Source: Nematocida ausubeli (Eukaryota). From it: a stretch of DNA of 64,000 nt. Shown piece after piece: positions 32,194-42,936 of the stretch. How positions within the stretch are numbered: the first letter of the stretch is position 1; the number at the start of each line of letters is the position of its first letter. A program made the position numbers and the translations under genes. The notes beneath the pieces were generated by a model that saw only the letters and a program-made list of their open reading frames with translations, was not told where the DNA came from and made no database searches. Location of the stretch: NCBI RefSeq assembly GCF_000738915.1, contig NW_026515638.1, positions 456,882-520,881 of the forward strand, given 5' to 3'.

Positions 32194-34872
32194 CTATTCC
32201 TGCAAAATACTTATTAAAGCATTAATGCGGTTTATATCCTCTTTGCTTGCATTCATGTCAAGACAGTCTTTCATAGAAATAAGGGCTTTTGCAATTAGAG
32301 AACTTCTTTGATTGCACAAGAAATTTCTGATGGTAGAATCAATGCTGTTCGGATTAACATATCCAAGTATAAGCTTTATCATCTCTTCTGTTCCCTCTTT
32401 TTGCGTGCAGGAGAGGTAAAGCCACACTATATTCACAAACTCGTACACTGACGGATTTTTGTTCTTCCAGTGGAGCTCCAGCAACTTATGAATCTCTTCA
32501 ATGCCTTCTAAGCCCTTTAACTCACAGATCAGATTAAATAATGTGCACCCTGCCATAATATCGTTTAGAATGTTCGCATAGAAATCGGCAGATTCAGGTA
32601 GCTGAATATACAATTTAAGACAGTTATATCTAGTTTCATCTGAAACATGTGCCATTCTATAGTAAAATATATCGTATAGAGAATTGTAATCAATTTCATC
32701 TATGTTATGCGATGTGATCGTATAGTCAATATTTGGATAGAGCTTGGGATAGTTCTCTATAATTGAAAAAATAGTCATCATACTTTCTCGCGCAGATAGT
32801 CTATTAAGCGGAGCACTTGCAAGGAGGTTTGATGTGAATCGCACACTATCATGGGACGCAGTCAGATTATGCCCAATAAAATAGAGCATAGTTTCAAACA
32901 CATACATTCCCTTTTGCTCTATGCTGTCTATTTTTGCCAATAGCATAACTTGGTAGAGCTTTTTTTTTGTGTCATTATGCGCCCGGTAGAGTATATCTGT
33001 GAGAGCGTTTTTTAGATATACCTGTATATATCGTTCCTTCATATTGATGCATGCGGTTTCGTTCGTTATGCAGTTTGAAATTGCATAGGCTATAAAATTA
33101 TTTGCAGATTTGTATTGTTCGTGTAATTCAAGCTGTTTGTTCGCAATATTTACAGGCATATCCCCTAGTATATACGAAATTAGCATATTGGCGTTTGCTT
33201 GGGTTATATCAATAGAGATCACATTAAATGCTGATTTGAAGGCATACTTGAGCTCAATAGTTCCAAAGATTTCATACCTACCGCTAGAGCATTGTGCTGT
33301 AGAAAGATCTTTCACTGCAATTTCTATTGATTGGTTCTTTGAAAGACATAGAATAACATCAGATACAATTTTGGTTATGGCATCGATATTTTTGCTAGTT
33401 AGTTTGACATTATAGCTTATCTTCTCCAAAGATTGAATCTTTTTCTCAATGTCTTTATATCGTCCTGTAACTTCTGAAATAACTCGGAGAATATTGATCA
33501 GCCCACTTTTGATCTTGTTCTTATCCTTCATGTATATTATTCTGTTATTGTCTAGACACGCCACAACTTTGCACCAGGCTTCATGAATGGGGTATGTAGT
33601 AGCAGCAAAAGGAATACTATACCTAGAGAAGAAGTCTTGTAAATCCACAGATGCTTTTTCTATGTGTTTCGTTGTATATTGGTTTGTGCCTAAATCATAT
33701 GCAAGGCAGCAGAATAGCCCAAGAAGAGCTGTTTCTGTATAGTTGCTGTAGTACAGTAGCTGATTCTCCACAAATTTTTTTTGACTTCGGTCGTATTGCG
33801 GTACTCGTGTATATGTGGGCTTTTCAATGTCATGGTAGAAGGGAAATTTCCGATTATCATCCAAAAAATGCATGAATTTATAGAAGCCCTCAAGGCATGC
33901 AGCATCTTTATCAAGCGTAGCAACACTGGAAAAGCACTTTTTGAATACTGCATTGGCTGTGGCAAGGGTATTCTCAGACAATTCATTTTCCAGCTGGTCG
34001 CAGAGAAGCTCGTGCACCTTTTCTACAATTTGCATGTAGTCTTCGGAAGTTTCAATAAACTCAAAGATATACGACTCAATAAGAAATATAGGATTGCATA
34101 AAAACAGCCCTTTCTTGAACTGATCTTTAGTAGTTGCCTGGGCAAATATCCCCTCCTTGTCTATTACTCGATTTTCTTTGCATTCTATGAAGAACGTAAT
34201 AACTTCTACGGCTTCAATTAAATAGACCTTCTCTTTCTCAGATGTCTTTAGATTGGTATATAACATATGCATAGGCATATTCACGTATTCTTTGGACCCA
34301 GTCTTATCTCTGATGATAAGTGACATATCAATGCTGCAATCTATTTCAATGTTAATGTCTACTTGCTCTGCAAGAAGCAAAAGAGCTGCAAGGACATACT
34401 GAACAGAGCCGTTTCTCTTGCTAAGTCTCAAAAACTCGATAAATGAATTAGACTTAGATGTTTGAATGGATAGCTCACCTGAACAGGAGGGAAACATTTT
34501 GATAATCGTCTCGTAGTATTTGATTGTATAAATATCTCTTTCTATAGTAGAAGAAGAAGGATGCGTGCAGTCCCTACAAGGAGTTCTTGTATAGTTATAC
34601 ACGTCTGTGGTTTTTGTTGATTGGGAGGATTTTTCCAGACTAAAGTAGGCCTTTATATTATGTGAGAAAAATCGCATGTTGTGCATCCATCCATTTCTGT
34701 GGTAGATGTATCCGCGCAGTGGGTTAATAGGGCCAAGTGGATTAACCACCAAGCTCGAGTCTCTCTGGAGTGTAGTATTTTGCACAGTATTTATATCCAC
34801 TATCTCTATCCGCGCGTTCGCGAATAGCATCATAATCAGTATAGGGATAATATTCATGTATAGGAGATACAT
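32194..34872 (-). CDS. Nematocida large gene family (NemLGF1-like) secreted protein
   Basis: Signal peptide followed by AR(I), NPLGPINPLRGYIYHRNGWMHNMRFFS, LAALLLLAE and ETALLGLFCCLAYD, motifs I recall from the largest Nematocida host-exposed family. Start may be the second Met (MNIIPIL). Confidence 0.8.
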   Translation of the reverse strand: MYLLYMNIIPILIMMLFANARIEIVDINTVQNTTLQRDSSLVVNPLGPINPLRGYIYHRNGWMHNMRFFSHNIKAYFSLEKSSQSTKTTDVYNYTRTPCRDCTHPSSSTIERDIYTIKYYETIIKMFPSCSGELSIQTSKSNSFIEFLRLSKRNGSVQYVLAALLLLAEQVDINIEIDCSIDMSLIIRDKTGSKEYVNMPMHMLYTNLKTSEKEKVYLIEAVEVITFFIECKENRVIDKEGIFAQATTKDQFKKGLFLCNPIFLIESYIFEFIETSEDYMQIVEKVHELLCDQLENELSENTLATANAVFKKCFSSVATLDKDAACLEGFYKFMHFLDDNRKFPFYHDIEKPTYTRVPQYDRSQKKFVENQLLYYSNYTETALLGLFCCLAYDLGTNQYTTKHIEKASVDLQDFFSRYSIPFAATTYPIHEAWCKVVACLDNNRIIYMKDKNKIKSGLINILRVISEVTGRYKDIEKKIQSLEKISYNVKLTSKNIDAITKIVSDVILCLSKNQSIEIAVKDLSTAQCSSGRYEIFGTIELKYAFKSAFNVISIDITQANANMLISYILGDMPVNIANKQLELHEQYKSANNFIAYAISNCITNETACINMKERYIQVYLKNALTDILYRAHNDTKKKLYQVMLLAKIDSIEQKGMYVFETMLYFIGHNLTASHDSVRFTSNLLASAPLNRLSARESMMTIFSIIENYPKLYPNIDYTITSHNIDEIDYNSLYDIFYYRMAHVSDETRYNCLKLYIQLPESADFYANILNDIMAGCTLFNLICELKGLEGIEEIHKLLELHWKNKNPSVYEFVNIVWLYLSCTQKEGTEEMIKLILGYVNPNSIDSTIRNFLCNQRSSLIAKALISMKDCLDMNASKEDINRINALISILQE

Positions 34873-35491
34873 TGATGAAAATAAAATATTTTAAATACTA
34901 TTTAGCAAGGATTTCTAAATATAATATTTCATTAGCAATAAAGGTGTTTAGAGCAAATTAGCTTTTTTATGATTAGTGACAGTTCTATCAATATAAAAAC
35001 AAAAGGCCACAGTTAGCACCTTTGAGCCGGAACATTAACAAACAGCAGGTTAGCTGAGCAAACACTGCTCTATCTTAACAAATACACATGATTATTGTGG
35101 TAAGATTTCTACCTCTCAAATAAAAGGCCACAAGGTTGCTAATATAAAGAAAAATAACTCTGGAACAGACACTAATAAAAAGAACAATATATAATCAAAA
35201 GAGAATATTTAAAGAGCATAATGAGTCAATTACCAAAGAAAACTCAAGTACAGCAAGAAAAAGCCATAGTACATTCAGACATCCGCGGCAAAACACAAAT
35301 AAAACACCCTTTACAACAACTCTATTATAGACTGCTATTCCCTTGCTGGGCTGCTGCCTCCTTTTGGGCATGTCACTGTTATATGTTATTTAATAAATAA
35401 AGTTACAGACCCATTTTAAAAAGTGAATATTCAAAGGGAACTTCAGTACATAATCCCATAGTTAATATAATAATTTTATAAAACCAAAATA

Positions 35492-36001
35492 ATGGCACAG
35501 CAGGTAGGTCACGAGCAAAAGAGCCCTGAAGAAAAGCAATTAGAGATTAAAAAGAGAGAGGAAAGAGAAGAAAAGGAAAGGAAGGAAAAGCAAGAATACG
35601 AGGAGCACCTCCAAAGGCTAAGAAATCTGATTAAAGAAGACCAGAAAACCAATATGGAAAAGGCAAAAGTAGAAATAGATGGCATACGGGCAATGCAGAC
35701 AGTGTCATTAAGAGAGGCCCAGATAAAGCCACTCACCACCTGCGGGGAAAGACAAATAGAAGGCTCAAATGGCGAAGAGATCAGACTTAAGATAATACAT
35801 GAGACAAAAAAGCAACTGCATACACTAAAAGCAGATGCAACAGTTGATATGTTTAGAAAAATTCTTATTCAAAACTTTGGGATAAAGAACCCCAAGGCGT
35901 TTATTTCTACAGTGGGAGAAATTGACTTTAGCGTGCCCTCAACTACTCTTAAATCAATTGGGGTGTCGGATATGGATACAATTTATGTGCATAAGCTATA
36001 G
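35492..36001 (+). CDS. Coiled-coil plus C-terminal UBX/ubiquitin-like domain protein (putative Cdc48 cofactor)
   Basis: Charged helix (RLRNLIKEDQK) followed by a beta-grasp pattern IRLKI...F...TTLKSIGVSDMDTIYV. Confidence 0.6.
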   Translation: MAQQVGHEQKSPEEKQLEIKKREEREEKERKEKQEYEEHLQRLRNLIKEDQKTNMEKAKVEIDGIRAMQTVSLREAQIKPLTTCGERQIEGSNGEEIRLKIIHETKKQLHTLKADATVDMFRKILIQNFGIKNPKAFISTVGEIDFSVPSTTLKSIGVSDMDTIYVHKL

Positions 36002-36527
36002 CTTGGCACAAAATAATTCGAAAATGTAGCAAAGAGGAAACAGCTACAGAGAGCGCAGAATAATAAAGAATTTAAACTGTATTTGGATTTTATAGTTAAA
36101 TTACTTGAGTTAGGCCGTGCTAATAAGCAGAAGCATTAGAATCCGAGTATAGCTCTAATAAGCACACCATCTTGCTAAGTGGGGGATATTTTACTTCTAC
36201 AGTAAAGATATCTTTGCCAAGTGCTGTTGTTCTGAGTTTGCATTAACCTTGAATACTCTTCGATTTGCAGAAGTATACTTGGTCTATACTTATGGCCTTG
36301 TCTTGGGACGAAAATTTGGAATCCTGTGAAGTAGAAAGAAAGTTCTGAGGAAATGGTAGTTTTTCTACAATTCTCGTTTTCGTTTGCAGCTGGAAAAGGT
36401 CATTGTTATATATATGGTGTTTCCCATGCATGCCTTTGCGAATATAGCATCTTATTAAGCAGAGAAACCTTCTATTTTTGGAATTCTTTGCAGAAGTATA
36501 AATATGTAATAAAATGTTTTCGAGCCC

Positions 36528-38750
36528 ATGGAGACAAGCTGCGTACAGAAATGCATAGACTTTTTGGAAGCACTAGACGAGAACAAAAACAGGAAATACA
36601 TACAGGAAATCAAAAAAGCAATCGAAGAGAACAGAAGGTCCATACCCATAGAATATTCTGACATGTTTAACCACGATCAAGCACTAGCAATAGAAGCAAA
36701 GAGAAATTTTCCCATCATAGAAAAGCATCTTTCAAAAGCCATAGAAATACTTACAGCAAAGTATTGTCCAGAGTTCAAAAGAAAGGGGGTTTCAACACGA
36801 GAGGAGGAGTTTATCCCATGTGTTTACGGCTTGGATGTAATTTACTCTGTGAGAGATCTGAAAACAGGTCTTCTTGGACAGCTGGTTTCATTCTCAGGCA
36901 TAGTAACCCGATCCTCGCAGTCTAAGCCAGAGCTGCTGGAGGGGACATTTGAGTGCTTGGAGTGCAAGGCCATGGTGCGGGGGGTTCTTCAAGAAAGAAT
37001 GTACAGACAGCCTCTTTCATGCATAAATCCAATGTGTCTAAACAGAAGTAAGTTCAAACTATGCCTGGATGAGTCTAAGTTTAGCGACTACCAGAGAATA
37101 AGGGTTCAAGAGCCAGTGGGGGAAACGGGAGACTCGCAGGCCATGCCCCGGACTATTGAGGTTCTTCTAAGAAATGACCTAGTGGAAATTGCAAAGCCAG
37201 GGGATTGCGTGATTATAACGGGATACTTAACAGCTATTGCATGCCAGCGAGATGCACTGGGGCATAGCAACACTACAAAGGTAGGGCTATCTAAGGCGCC
37301 AGAGGCAGATGCAGTGCGAGGAAAGAGTGCACAAGGAAAAAGCATCAACCACGAGCTAATTTTTTCGGGCATTTCTGTATCAAAGAGGCAGAATGATCCA
37401 TTTACCACTCTCTTAGAGAAAAAACATAAAGAAAGCCATGTATCCGAGCTGGACAGAATGAAGGTTGAAACAATGGCGCAGGCCCCGAGCCTTCTTTCAA
37501 AGCTGGCAAGCAGTCTGTTTCCCTCTATCTGCGGGCATGATAATATTAAAATGGCCATTCTTCTTATGCTTGTGGGAGGAACGTCTAAAAAGACTCCTGA
37601 AGGAATTTCTCTTCGTGGAGATATAAATATCCTGCTTGTGGGCGACCCAGGGACTGCGAAGTCTCAATTTCTAAAGCAAACAAGTACTTTGGTGGAGCGA
37701 GGAGTGTACACCTCAGGAAAGGGATCAAGTGCAGCAGGTTTAACTGCAAGTGTAATAAAGGATGACACGGGTGAGTTTAGCATTGAGGCCGGCGCTCTTA
37801 TGCTTAGTGACAGCGGTGTGTGCTGCATTGATGAGTTCGATAAAATGGACGAAAGAGACAGAGTAGCAATCCACGAGGCAATGGAGCAGCAGTCTATAAC
37901 AATAGCTAAGGGTGGTATACACGCCACGCTCAGTGCAAGAACAAAAATCTTGGCAGCAGCAAATCCTGTGAAAGGAAGATATGACATGCGGAAAACGCTC
38001 AGGCAGAACGTAAGGCTCTCTCCTCCAATTATGTCCAGATTCGATCTGTTCTTTATTCTGGTGGATAGCATTAGCATTGAGCATGACCAAGTTATCTCCA
38101 GCCACATTCTTAAAAGCCACATGGCGCATGGAAAGAGCACCATTATGCAAGAAAGCTTCTTTTCTGTGGAGGATGTTAAGACATTTATACGCGTAGTAAA
38201 GACAAGAGAGCCAATTCTTTCAAAGGAAGCAGGTGCTGTGATAGTAGAGAAATACTTAGAAATCAGAAAAAACAACTCAGTACATGCATTCAACGCAACC
38301 CCTAGACAGCTAGAGAGTATTATTCGGCTGAGTGAGGCAGTAGCAAAGGTGTACGGGTATAACGAAGTGTCTACAGAGTGCGTTGAACAGGCATATCTGC
38401 TTCTTTCTGGATCTATAATGAATGTTATAACGGATGACATAAAACTTTCTGTTGCAGACGTTGTTGGGGAACGAACTTACACAATTTCATTTGATGAGTA
38501 TATGAAAATGACATCTGCTTTGGTAAAGATTGTTCAAATGAAGGCAGGTAGCGATGGAATAGAGAGAGAAAACTTGCAAAAGGCATACATTGAGGAGAAC
38601 GAGAACGAGATTACCACAGAGGAGGAGTACTTTAACATGCAGGAGAAGTTAACAGGACTGATTGATCAGCTACTATACAAGGAAGGGGTGTTCTATGAAC
38701 AAGGTGAGAATAAGAGAATCCTTCTTCACCCAAACTACAACCTATTCTAG
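36528..38750 (+). CDS. MCM6: Replicative helicase subunit MCM6
   Basis: CLEC...CINPMCLNRSKF zinc finger, LRGDINILLVGDPGTAKSQFLK, YTSGKGSSAAGLTA, IDEFDKM, MSRFDLFF, RQLESIIRLSEA, C-terminal LHPNY; CCC directly before the ATG. Confidence 0.93.
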   Translation: METSCVQKCIDFLEALDENKNRKYIQEIKKAIEENRRSIPIEYSDMFNHDQALAIEAKRNFPIIEKHLSKAIEILTAKYCPEFKRKGVSTREEEFIPCVYGLDVIYSVRDLKTGLLGQLVSFSGIVTRSSQSKPELLEGTFECLECKAMVRGVLQERMYRQPLSCINPMCLNRSKFKLCLDESKFSDYQRIRVQEPVGETGDSQAMPRTIEVLLRNDLVEIAKPGDCVIITGYLTAIACQRDALGHSNTTKVGLSKAPEADAVRGKSAQGKSINHELIFSGISVSKRQNDPFTTLLEKKHKESHVSELDRMKVETMAQAPSLLSKLASSLFPSICGHDNIKMAILLMLVGGTSKKTPEGISLRGDINILLVGDPGTAKSQFLKQTSTLVERGVYTSGKGSSAAGLTASVIKDDTGEFSIEAGALMLSDSGVCCIDEFDKMDERDRVAIHEAMEQQSITIAKGGIHATLSARTKILAAANPVKGRYDMRKTLRQNVRLSPPIMSRFDLFFILVDSISIEHDQVISSHILKSHMAHGKSTIMQESFFSVEDVKTFIRVVKTREPILSKEAGAVIVEKYLEIRKNNSVHAFNATPRQLESIIRLSEAVAKVYGYNEVSTECVEQAYLLLSGSIMNVITDDIKLSVADVVGERTYTISFDEYMKMTSALVKIVQMKAGSDGIERENLQKAYIEENENEITTEEEYFNMQEKLTGLIDQLLYKEGVFYEQGENKRILLHPNYNLF

Positions 38751-39010
38751 TGGCTTTATCCAACTCACACAGGAGATTAAGTTTAAATGGCCTTCAGCAA
38801 AAAAGCATTCATCAAGTTTCAGTGAGATTCCCGCTTTGTGTAACATCATAAGACAAGGGCTAATAAAAATAATTTTTATATACGAGACAGCATTTTATTA
38901 TTTCTCTAGCTAGTTATAAATTAATAATAAGGCAGCATGTGTAGATATTTATTTTTTGGCTTAGAGCTATTTGTATGCGGGCTGTCATGTGTATTTTCTT
39001 TATAGTTGTT

Positions 39011-39308
39011 GGTTTTCCTTGCCTTGAGGGCATGAAACCTTCTCTCCTGGTCAGCAATATGGATTGGTGCTGGTCATTGTCTTCAGGGTTTTGGTTGTAG
39101 GCCAACATGCTACAAGGGGCTTTACTTATTACGCATCGGATTATAGTGGTTCGATAAATGGCATATATTGTCATTTTCCTTAACTTCTAGAATACTTCAT
39201 GGCAGCCCTTTGATTGTCTTTTTCTGGTGGTCTATAAATAGACAATATGAAATAAGTTATATCTAAATTAGTATGAGTGAGACTAATGCCTTGAAGAAAA
39301 AAATCGGC
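39011..39308 (+). mobile_element. Copy of MITE-like element with 9/10-matching TSD
   Basis: Flanked by TATAGTTGTT (39001-39010) and TATAGTAGTT (39309-39318); imperfect terminal inverted repeats CTTGAGGGCAT / ATGCCTTGAAG. Confidence 0.75.
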
Positions 39309-39904
39309 TATAGTAGTTCTATATCATTACTCACTTTGTGTTTTGTGCAATGGAAGATTTCTATATATAGGTACTTGATCTCTTAAAAGGTGTTATTCTT
39401 AAGCTTTATTATTTATTCGAAAACTCAACTCTTTAATAGCTTAATTTTAGCAGTTTACGCCAAAATAAACAGGCAAACCACTTAATGTTTCATTGTATCA
39501 ATCAAGACATTATGTTGTTGTCAATAGCATGTATGCTGTTAGATGCTAGCCACAAAGTATAGTGTAGATTGTTTTTCTATCTGTACTGCTATACAAAATT
39601 CAAGAAAAGAAATAGTATTCTATTTAATGTACACACAAGCATATGGCATTAATTAAAGCGCATAGAGATTATAGTATAACTATAAGACACCTACAGTATA
39701 TTATAAAGCACTTAGCTAACTCTTTAATACAGAATGCATATTCAGTTAGATCTTATGATTTTATGAGTCCACAATGTTATGTGCAAAAGAAAGTTCTGAG
39801 GAAATAGCAATTTTGCCTCACTATGTATTTTTTTGTTTTTTTTGAAAAGTGCATAGTTATATCTTAGAAAGTAGGCAGATTTCCATAATATAAAAAATAC
39901 ATGC

Positions 39905-40115
39905 CTGTTCTCTCTCTTGAGAGTGCTAAACTTCTTCCCCAAATCAGCAATATAGATGAGTGTTGGTGTCTTTCTTCAGATTTTCCAGAAGTAGGCTAGT
40001 GTTTATGAAAACAAGTGGCTTTATTTGTTTAAATTAAAACTAATTAACTATTTATATTCCATTACAGCTTATAATATGTTTATTAGTAGCTTGTCTTGCT
40101 GATAAATGAATAGCT
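39905..40115 (+). repeat. Degenerate, shortened copy of the dispersed element
   Basis: CTTGAGAGTGCTAAAC...TCAGCAATATAGATGAGTGTTGGT resembles the element's 5' part; ends ...AATAGCT. Boundaries approximate. Confidence 0.4.
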
Positions 40116-40152
40116 TGTAGTTTATAAATAAACAGCAAAAAACAAATATAGC

Positions 40153-40947
40153 ATGGATAACGCGGATGCAGATTATAGTCTTATAGAAACCAGCGATCCC
40201 AATGCGCAAAATAGTAGCAGTATGAATAATATGGATAGCGCTATTGTAAAATCACGCTATAGTGAGCTAATGTCAATTTTGAGTTTTAGAAAAAATAAAA
40301 ATTCTAATCCAACCATTTGGCCTATCTATAAACTCATAATTTATGCTCATGTAGCTACGATTATGAGTACTGTTTTTTTAGTTGGGCAGATGATTTACAT
40401 CAAGACTACATCATCTGATGGGCATCTGTATACAGGCCATCTACAAATGCGGATTAATGGAGTTGCTATTATAATATCCCAGCTCATTAAATACTATATA
40501 GTCCGACATTTTATCCACAATGGGATAATTGGTTTAAGTTTTAAAAAAATCTACTTGAGAACACTTTATTTTACAATTAGTGTTAGTGTTATATGTCTCG
40601 TGTTTTTTATACCACTTGGATATTATTATGAATGCAAAAAAACACAAAATGCAGAAAAATTTATAGCTCTAATCTCGCCATCATATCTAGGGTGGGCTAG
40701 CTTCGGTATGGAGCGATTGGAATTATTATTTATTTTCTTCTTTATATATATTGGTCAAATAGTAGCACGTCTAAAAAAATTTCTTACTGTATTTAGAACA
40801 TTTTTGTATTTCATTATAAACATAGCTTTATCTATAGCATTCTCTGTGCTGTGGTATAAATATTATGAAGCAATAAGGCCTATTCATCTCTTGTTACTTA
40901 AAGAGGCTCTATTTAAAAATGCCACTGCAGTAACAGAACAGCCTTAG
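40153..40947 (+). CDS. Lineage-specific multi-pass membrane protein (tandem paralogue 1)
   Basis: About five hydrophobic segments; shares D.SLI...D.NAQN, QL.KY, LG.ASF..E.LE and W..Y...I with the next gene. Confidence 0.8.
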   Translation: MDNADADYSLIETSDPNAQNSSSMNNMDSAIVKSRYSELMSILSFRKNKNSNPTIWPIYKLIIYAHVATIMSTVFLVGQMIYIKTTSSDGHLYTGHLQMRINGVAIIISQLIKYYIVRHFIHNGIIGLSFKKIYLRTLYFTISVSVICLVFFIPLGYYYECKKTQNAEKFIALISPSYLGWASFGMERLELLFIFFFIYIGQIVARLKKFLTVFRTFLYFIINIALSIAFSVLWYKYYEAIRPIHLLLLKEALFKNATAVTEQP

Positions 40948-40969
40948 CAAGAGTTAAATTAAGAAACCC

Positions 40970-41348
40970 AATCTTTGAGAGTGCTTGAACTCTTGTTTTC
41001 TCTGTTTTGAGGAAGCCAAATCCTTTTTCAAAGTCAGCGGTTTATATGAATATTCGGTATTGCTTTTTGAGGATTTTGGCTGTTGAACAAGGTGCTAAAG
41101 AGGGCTCTTGCTTTTTTATGCATAAGCCATCTTAGGTCGCTTAGACTCTGGAATTTTTATTTGTTGTTAGGCAAATAAGTAGCTGTCACCAGATAAGATC
41201 ATAAAAGACACTCTTCTAGTGGGTTTTGGAAGATTTATGTCTAGATCTAATATTCCCTTGAAGGAGATCTATATAATAGAGGACGAGAAATAAATTTTAT
41301 TCAATTTACTATGGCAGAATTCAATATTTTAAAAAAGATAAATCAGCT
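40970..41348 (+). repeat. Degenerate copy of the dispersed element between the tandem paralogues
   Basis: GGATTTTGGCTGT, TCTATATAATAGAGGACGAGAAATAAAT and terminal AATATTTTAAAAAAGATAAATCAGCT parallel the other copies. 5' boundary approximate. Confidence 0.55.
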
Positions 41349-41388
41349 TGCACTCTATAAATATAATATAGGACAGAAAACAAATAGT

Positions 41389-42162
41389 ATGGAGGGTACA
41401 GCTGCTGATTCTAGTCTTATAAAACTCAGAGATCTCAATGCGCAGAATGTAATTGAAGATAGTTCAAATAACGACATTGTAAATTTAGATAATCATACGT
41501 CGACAAAGAGCTTGCATCATACTAAAATTAGAGAGAGTTATACTACATATCTTAGGAGCATTAATATAGGTGTATACTTTATCAACCTATCTGTGGTTAT
41601 GGTATCTGGCTTTTTAATTGGGGATGTTTTTTGCATCGAGATGCTATTCCATAAAGAGTATCCGTATCCGAACTATCTATCATTGCTTGTTTGTGGCTTG
41701 TGTATTATGCTATTCCAGCTCACTAAGTACACTATAGATATAAATAATTTCTACAGATATATAATTGGTATAAAGCGCAAAAATGGATACACATGGGTAC
41801 TTTACAGCGCTATATTGGGCTTTGTCTTATCACTAGTGATAGGCATAATTCTCAGGTCTATAAATATTTCCGATCCATGCAGTCATGCAAAAATGCTTAG
41901 AATTGCATCTTTGCAGATATTTCTAGGCTGTGCTAGCTTTACTTTTGAGCTACTAGAAGTACTTTATATTTTCACATATATAAGAGAATTAAAGACCCTT
42001 GTAGGGAACTTAGACCCAGCCAGAAATAAATGCATAGGCAGCTTCTTATCGGTATTTATGTTTGTATCCCTCTGCTCAGCGTGGTACATATACTGCACGC
42101 AGATAAACTCTGCTGTTTCCTATTTGCTTAAAGAAGACATATTTAAGATTACCATTCTATAA
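41389..42162 (+). CDS. Lineage-specific multi-pass membrane protein (tandem paralogue 2)
   Basis: Paralogue of 40153-40947. ATG 41389 (MEGTAADSSLI) aligns with MDNADADYSLI and follows TATAAATA; the track's 41311 ATG lies inside the repeat element. Confidence 0.8.
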   Translation: MEGTAADSSLIKLRDLNAQNVIEDSSNNDIVNLDNHTSTKSLHHTKIRESYTTYLRSINIGVYFINLSVVMVSGFLIGDVFCIEMLFHKEYPYPNYLSLLVCGLCIMLFQLTKYTIDINNFYRYIIGIKRKNGYTWVLYSAILGFVLSLVIGIILRSINISDPCSHAKMLRIASLQIFLGCASFTFELLEVLYIFTYIRELKTLVGNLDPARNKCIGSFLSVFMFVSLCSAWYIYCTQINSAVSYLLKEDIFKITIL

Positions 42163-42936
42163 GTAAAATAAAGCTAGTACTCTAAGTATAGTATAAATCA
42201 TTCAATATATACATTGAAAAGTCTCTTCTCTTCACTTTTCTCCATTGTAAATAGCCTACATTTTTTAGAGTGTCTATAAAGTTTACTTAGTTGCATGCCA
42301 ATTGCAAGTACCATTCGCTTTAATTGTGGGCTTGCTAATTCTTAAGCCAGCACCTCTAAACTTAAGGAAAGTTGTTTAAAAAACCAAGTTATGTATAGTT
42401 TTCTTGTTATAGAGGATAATAAACTGTTTATATAAGACTAGCCATAAATTAGTTATTTCTCTCTTATTTTCTGTAGACTGATGATAATTTTTCAGATGAA
42501 GCTTAATATAAATTTATACTAAGTGCATAGTATGTAAAAAGCTTTTCTATAAATACCGAACACCCGAATGATGTATGGCCAGATTCAGCTCAAAAATTCT
42601 TTACACCTGCATATCTGAATGAAATTCAATCCACTACAACAAATCAAATACTAAGAATCATAAATTCAGTGCCACTGCCAATTTATATATGTATTTATTC
42701 TATGTCTACTACACAGTAAATTATTTGTTGAATATTTTTATATTTTTCTGAATTGGAAAAATGTGTACTCAAGTCAAATGAAATATATACCAAAATGCCT
42801 ATTTCCATGCAGACATAAAAGCAATTAATATAAGTATTTGCAAAAACTAAAAAATAAGCATAGATCTATGCCTCTTTTTGCATAGAAAAGAGAAGATACT
42901 TAAAAAGATTTATTGCCTGCTTCATATTACTCAAAT

